Assembly (NCBI GenBank): GCA_038253555.1 | Contig: JBBSGZ010000002.1 | Coordinates: forward strand, 4,224-68,223 | Source: Thermoanaerobaculia bacterium | GTDB taxonomy: Bacteria; Acidobacteriota; Thermoanaerobaculia; UBA5066; Gp7-AA6 | Length of the DNA stretch: 64,000 nucleotides | Reading direction: 5' to 3' | In this document: positions 59,670 to 64,000 of the stretch, one piece after another | Position numbering within the stretch: position 1 is the first letter of the stretch | Layout of the letters: each line of letters begins with the position of its first letter | Notes under the pieces: model-generated | Seen by the model: the letters and a program-made list of their open reading frames with translations, nothing else | What the model was told of the DNA's origin: nothing | Database searches by the model: none | Translations under genes and position numbers: made by a program

Positions 59670-61429
59670 CGGCCACCGCCGCGCGCTCGGCGCTTCCGAT
59701 CGGCGACGGGAGCCGCCTTTCGGCTGCGCTCCATCTGGCGCTGCTCCTCGTGCCTTCGCTCCTCTTCCGCCTGTTCCCCGGCGACGGTTCGCCTCAGATC
59801 GTCCTGTTCCGATTCGAACTGGGCGCGAAGCCCCGCGATCTGCGCCTCGAGCGCCTGCTGGCGGCGGGCGAGGGCGCGGCGCTTCGCCTCCGCCTCTTCC
59901 CGCCGCGCCCGGGCCTCCTCCTGCTCGCGCGCTTCCTGGGCAACGCGCGACGACCCCGTGAGAACACCCTCGCGGCCGACGTAAACCTCTTCGAGCTGAA
60001 TGCCGCGGTCCGTCAGCAGGAACTCCCGGATCTGGTTCGAGTGGGCCGTACCTCGGGCCTTCAGAACGTACATGCCCCGGTTGCGTTCTCCATTCAGCTC
60101 GATGTCGCGAAGCAGCAGCCAGTTGTCGACGAGAGAAGAGATACCGATCTCGGTGCTCTCGATCGTGTCCGACCCGGTGGTCAGGTTCGTCATGAAGACC
60201 GTCGTCTGGCGGGCCTTGAGCTGATCGAGCAGCCTCGTGAGCATCGCGGACGACTCGCTCTGCGTTCCGCCGGAAGAGAAATTCGAGATCGGGTCGATGA
60301 GGACGACGCTCGGATCGAAGTCCTGCACGGCCTTGTGCATGGTCGCGAGGTGCATCTCGAGACCGTAGAGGGTCGGGCGCGACGCGCGAAAACGAAGAAG
60401 TCCCTTGCGGACGTGCGGCTCGAGGCTTATCCCGATCGAGCGCATGTTCCGGAGAAACTGGCTCTCGGATTCTTCGAACGCGAAGTAGAGGCACCGCTCG
60501 CCTCGACGGCAGGCCGCGTGCGCGAAGTGCGCCGCGAGGCTGGTCTTGCCCGTGCCCGCGGTCCCCGAGACGAGGATGCTGCTCCCCCGATGAAACCCCT
60601 TTCCCGCGAGCATCGCGTCCAGCGCAGGCACACCGCTCGAAACCCGCTCGTTGCTCACGCTGTGCTTCAGGCTTTCGGTGGTGATCGGCAGGACCGAGAT
60701 GCCCGACTCGTCGATCAGAAAGGGGTATTCGTTGGTTCCGTGGGTCGTTCCGCGGTATTTGACGATTCGCAGGCGGCGCGTGGAGATCTGGTCGTTCACC
60801 CGGTGGTCCAGGAGAATGACGCAATCTGAAACGTACTCCTCGATCCCCTGGCGGGTCAGCGTTCCGGCGCCCCGCTCTCCCTTGATGACCGCCGTCACCT
60901 TCCTCGTTTTCAGCCACCGGAACAGGCGGCGCAGCTCTGCCCGCAGGATTGCCTCGTTGGGAAGGGACCCGAAGAGCACTTCGATCGTGTCGAGGACGAC
61001 GCGCTTCGCGCCGATCGCGTCGATGGCCTGCCCCAGGCGGATGAAGATCCCCTCGAGGTCGTATTCGCCCGACTCTTCCACTTCCGAGGTCTCGATGTGG
61101 ACGTAGTCGACGACGATCTTCTTTTTGCGGATCAGCTCGTCGAGATCGAACCCGAGGGAGCGGACGTTCTCCGCGAGCTCCTCCGCCGTTTCCTCGAAGG
61201 CCATGAAAACGCCCGGTTCGTTGAATTCGATCGCGCCCCGGATCAGGAACTCCATCGCCAGAAGGGTTTTTCCGCAGCCGGCGCTGCCGCATACGAGCGT
61301 CGGGCGCCCGCGGGGAAGCCCGCCGCCCGTGATCTCGTCGAGGCCGGCGATTCCGGTGCGGGACTTTCCAATGCCGCGCCGGGGAATTTTTGGTGCGGAG
61401 GCAATCCTTGCCGCCGTCGTTCTGGCCAC
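59666..61429 (-). CDS. kaiC: circadian clock protein KaiC homologue (double RecA-like domains) with about 80-aa C-terminal coiled-coil extension
   Basis: CI Walker [15 protein letters not shown]; CII Walker [15 protein letters not shown]; KaiC loops; C-terminal [47 protein letters not shown] coiled coil. GTG start at 61429 after SD aaggag. Confidence 0.85.
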   Translation of the reverse strand: MARTTAARIASAPKIPRRGIGKSRTGIAGLDEITGGGLPRGRPTLVCGSAGCGKTLLAMEFLIRGAIEFNEPGVFMAFEETAEELAENVRSLGFDLDELIRKKKIVVDYVHIETSEVEESGEYDLEGIFIRLGQAIDAIGAKRVVLDTIEVLFGSLPNEAILRAELRRLFRWLKTRKVTAVIKGERGAGTLTRQGIEEYVSDCVILLDHRVNDQISTRRLRIVKYRGTTHGTNEYPFLIDESGISVLPITTESLKHSVSNERVSSGVPALDAMLAGKGFHRGSSILVSGTAGTGKTSLAAHFAHAACRRGERCLYFAFEESESQFLRNMRSIGISLEPHVRKGLLRFRASRPTLYGLEMHLATMHKAVQDFDPSVVLIDPISNFSSGGTQSESSAMLTRLLDQLKARQTTVFMTNLTTGSDTIESTEIGISSLVDNWLLLRDIELNGERNRGMYVLKARGTAHSNQIREFLLTDRGIQLEEVYVGREGVLTGSSRVAQEAREQEEARARREEAEAKRRALARRQQALEAQIAGLRAQFESEQDDLRRTVAGEQAEEERRHEEQRQMERSRKAAPVADRKRRARGGGR

Positions 61430-61944
61430 TGTGCTCCTTGAAAACGCGTCTTCGGAAGAGAAACGTACGGTAACGCAGAAGATATCGCGGGTTAGTACGC
61501 CTGCGTACACGGAAATCGGACGGCCGGAAAACTTCCGGGCGGAATTGTCATGGGGGGCTGAAGTCCCGGGTTTCCGCCGCTTTTTCGGGTCCAGAGGCGG
61601 CGCGCTCGCCGACCCCGGCACATGAACCACTGCGAGCCGCCCTCTTCAGATTGAGTCGAGAAAGAGGCGCGCCGGCCTGCGGGGCAGCGAACGGTTCAGG
61701 CTGACGGGCGCTTCGGACTCCCGTATGGCCGGGGAGAGACGCTGCCCTTCTGCCCACTACTCTCCCGGGCGCGGGGAGAGGGAGAAAGCCGATGTCGTCG
61801 CCGGCCGCGCGTGTCGGCGCCGAAACGGATTGATTCAAATTGGGGGCTGCTGCGAGAATAGAGCGCGACATCCCGGGTGTTCGTCCCGCAATCCTTTGCC
61901 AGAGAAGCGACGGTCTTTCGCGACGCGCGCGGACAGGGCCAGAC

Positions 61945-62139
61945 ATGGAACGAGACAACGTGAGGGTTCTCTCCTGGGGGTGCCGGTTCTGCGGCCAGCG
62001 GAACTACCGCCCTCTGACCGTGGAGATTCAGGAAGGCAAGGTCATTACCCTCGTCTGCCGGAGGTGTGACGCGTCCAACCGCGAGGCGGTTTCGAGCGCG
62101 AAAATGATCGCGGACCGGCGGCACCGTCTCCGGGTCTGA
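61945..62139 (+). CDS. small zinc-ribbon protein (CxxC...CxxC), 64 aa
   Basis: MERDNVRVLSWGCRFCGQRNYRPLTVEIQEGKVITLVCRRCDAS. Divergent from kaiC. Confidence 0.4.
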   Translation: MERDNVRVLSWGCRFCGQRNYRPLTVEIQEGKVITLVCRRCDASNREAVSSAKMIADRRHRLRV

Positions 62140-62179
62140 TGGGTCGGGCTCCAAAGACGCCTCGAAGACTCGGCGCGGC

Positions 62180-62491
62180 TTAAGCGAGATAGACGAAGAT
62201 CCGGTCGTCGAAGATCACCTCTCCGCTGGCGCTCCGCATGCGAAGGCGTCGCAGATTAGTCGGAGATGAGGCACCGAGCGAGGCGACGACTCCGCCCGAG
62301 GCGATCGTTTCCAGCACGCTTCCCGGAAAAGAGGTTCCCGGCCGGGAGAAGAGCGCGATGCTGTCGGCTTCGGCCTGGAAAACGACCATCTGATCCGGAT
62401 CCAACTGGACGAGAATCTCACGGATCGGGCGGCCCATGAACACGACACTGTCTCCCGGCGGGACCGGGCCGTCTGTCCGGTTCCGCACCAA
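62180..62491 (-). CDS. hypothetical protein (about 85-103 aa)
   Basis: Balanced composition (…IREILVQLDPDQMVVFQAEADSIALFSRPG…EVIFDDRIFVYLA). No family recognised. Confidence 0.3.
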   Translation of the reverse strand: MVRNRTDGPVPPGDSVVFMGRPIREILVQLDPDQMVVFQAEADSIALFSRPGTSFPGSVLETIASGGVVASLGASSPTNLRRLRMRSASGEVIFDDRIFVYLA

Positions 62492-62530
62492 AATCGCGCG
62501 CCGGACCGCCGGCCGGACGCCGGCACCGTC

Positions 62531-63013
62531 CTACGGCGTCGGCCGTGGCGTGGCGGTGGGCGGCGGCGTCGGGCTGCCGATCGTCATGGGGGTGATCGTC
62601 GGCACCGGAGTGATGGTCGGAACGGCGGTGAAGAGCGGTGTGGGGGTCGGCGCGAGCGGAGTTCCCGTGATCACGGGGGTCGCCGTGGGAGCCGTCGGGG
62701 CCGGGGTCGTGGTCCGTGGCGTGACGGAAGGGCCCGCCGTCGGAACGACGGGGGTCGCGGTCGCGCCTCCCGGGGTGACGGAAGGCGCGGTCGGAACCGG
62801 AGTCGTGGTTCGGGGTGTCAGGGTCGGACCCGCCGTCGGCACCAGCGGGGTCCCGGTCGAAACCGGAGTTCCCCCTGGTCCGATGGGCGTCGGAAACGTG
62901 ATCGAGGGCGTCACGGGGGTTGCGGTCGTCGGATTGGTGATCGTGCTTTTGTCGGAGCACGCGAGAGCGGGCGCCAGCAGGACCCACGTGAAGCGCCGGA
63001 AGATTCGAGCCAT
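62531..63013 (-). CDS. secreted Pro/Thr-rich repetitive (lipo)protein
   Basis: Signal peptide MARIFRRFTWVLLAPALAC then tandem PT-rich repeats (TPVPTAPSVTPGGATATPVVPTAGPSVTPRTTTPAPTAP...). Confidence 0.5.
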   Translation of the reverse strand: MARIFRRFTWVLLAPALACSDKSTITNPTTATPVTPSITFPTPIGPGGTPVSTGTPLVPTAGPTLTPRTTTPVPTAPSVTPGGATATPVVPTAGPSVTPRTTTPAPTAPTATPVITGTPLAPTPTPLFTAVPTITPVPTITPMTIGSPTPPPTATPRPTP

Positions 63014-63498
63014 TCCCGTATCTTGCTTCGGAACGGCGCCCGGGGTCGAGAAGAATCGGAACAGAATCGGAAGCCGCCTTCCGCGGCGCCCCGGAACTTT
63101 CGCAACTCGCCCTATTGATTTCGTCGCGGAGGCGCCGACCCGCGCCCTCAGGCCCGAGTGAGGAACGCCAACCTGGCGGGCATCATGCCGCAGGTGGTCG
63201 CCACCTGGTGCGGCGGAGGGGCAGAGGTCACGTTCGTCTGCTAGCACGCGTTGACCAGGAAGTTCACGTGATCGCCGCGCCTTCTCTTGCTGGATGGGTC
63301 GGCGAGCCTTCTGGTCCAGTTCCAGGGCTTGGGAATAAATTTACCGCCGGTCTCCCGGGCGGGCGCCTTGAGTGCCCGGGCGACTTCCACCTCGCTGCTA
63401 AGACGGGGATCTTGTGGTGTAGACGCGCGAAGCACATGCTAGGGACATCTGATCCGGCACTCTTTGACCGCCGGCGGGATGACGAAGGAGGAAGACCG

Positions 63499-63831
63499 AT
63501 GCCGTTCTACCTGACCCGGTTCAGTTACACACCGGCAACATGGGCGAAGCTCATCAAGAACCCCGAGGACCGCCGAGCCGCTGCCAAGCAATACATCGAA
63601 GCGGTCGGCGGAAAGAGCCTCGGTTTCTGGTACGCCTTCGGGGATCACGACGCATACAACCTGTGGGAGGCACCGGATAACGTCTCGATGGCAGCCACGG
63701 CGATAGCGATCAGCGCCGGCGGAGCGCTGAGCTCCTTCCACACGACTGTCCTGCTGACCGTTGAGGAGACGCTCGCAGCGATGCAAAAGGCCTCGTCGAT
63801 AACGTATCGGCCACCGGGAGATAAACGATAA
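63499..63831 (+). CDS. GYD-domain protein
   Basis: MPFYLTRFSYTPATWAKLIKNPEDRRAAAKQYIEAVGGKSLGFWYAFGDHDAYNLWEAPDN matches PF08734-type proteins. SD gaaggagg. Locally lower G+C. Confidence 0.65.
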   Translation: MPFYLTRFSYTPATWAKLIKNPEDRRAAAKQYIEAVGGKSLGFWYAFGDHDAYNLWEAPDNVSMAATAIAISAGGALSSFHTTVLLTVEETLAAMQKASSITYRPPGDKR

Positions 63832-64000
63832 AGGCACTCCTCGCTCGAATCGACCCTTGTCTACCTTGTAAGCGCCGGGAGCGCGGCCGCGAGCGCCGGA
63901 AGCTTCTCCACCAAGGTGTTGTCGGAGGGTGAGAAGTTTTCAGTCTTGTTCTGAATCACGATCGCCGGCACCGTTGTCGCCGAGGTGGACTGCAGCCCGA

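Noticed and set aside
59295-61292. 665-aa minus-strand ORF treated as one protein.
   Set aside because: Only its 3' 375 nt (kaiB) is protein-like. The remainder overlaps kaiC in another frame and is Arg/Pro-rich.

Overview
This is a 64 kb, roughly 70% G+C bacterial chromosomal segment. The gene content and hem operon layout suggest an uncultured soil-type lineage (Acidobacteriota/Gemmatimonadota-like), but this is a guess. Coding density is high. High G+C creates many long Arg/Ala/Pro-rich antisense or N-terminally over-extended ORFs, so I trimmed those to the conserved protein cores. Many adjacent genes are translationally coupled through 4-nt start/stop overlaps (ATGA, GTGA, TTGA), often with GTG or TTG starts.

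What I can support from the sequence:
- Housekeeping genes: mutS, tsaB-rimI, a DUF465 gene, psd-pssA, purA and acnA.
- Heme biosynthesis in two clusters: yceI-hemX(ccsA-like)-hemA-hemC-hemD-hemB-hemL on the minus strand, and hemE-hemN-hemH-hemY on the plus strand, directly followed by an ABC-2 exporter pair.
- A histidine-utilisation pair (hutH-hutU) translationally coupled to a 1316-aa multi-transmembrane NtrY-like sensor kinase and a secreted protein.
- tRNA-Lys(TTT) carrying a 3.4 kb integrated remnant (tyrosine integrase plus terminase large subunit) bounded by 28-bp direct repeats made of the tRNA 3' end.
- An accessory-looking stretch at about 20.5-27.5 kb with a Gly-rich orphan, two secreted beta-propeller proteins (one with an apparent frameshift), a hairpin-rich intergenic region, and a UdgX-type uracil-DNA glycosylase homologue in a small operon.
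- Transporters: a POT peptide transporter, a CPA2 K+/H+ antiporter, and a cation diffusion facilitator (CDF).
- A cytoplasmic molybdopterin oxidoreductase start/stop-coupled to the CDF, followed by a membrane-anchored cytochrome c.
- Two tandem paralogous small secreted Ser/Thr/Lys-rich proteins, each with its own Shine-Dalgarno and terminator.
- An Lhr helicase.
- A kaiC-kaiB clock module (KaiC has a C-terminal coiled-coil tail) followed by a PAS/REC hybrid histidine kinase, then small proteins including a GYD-domain protein.

I found no rRNA and no CRISPR array.
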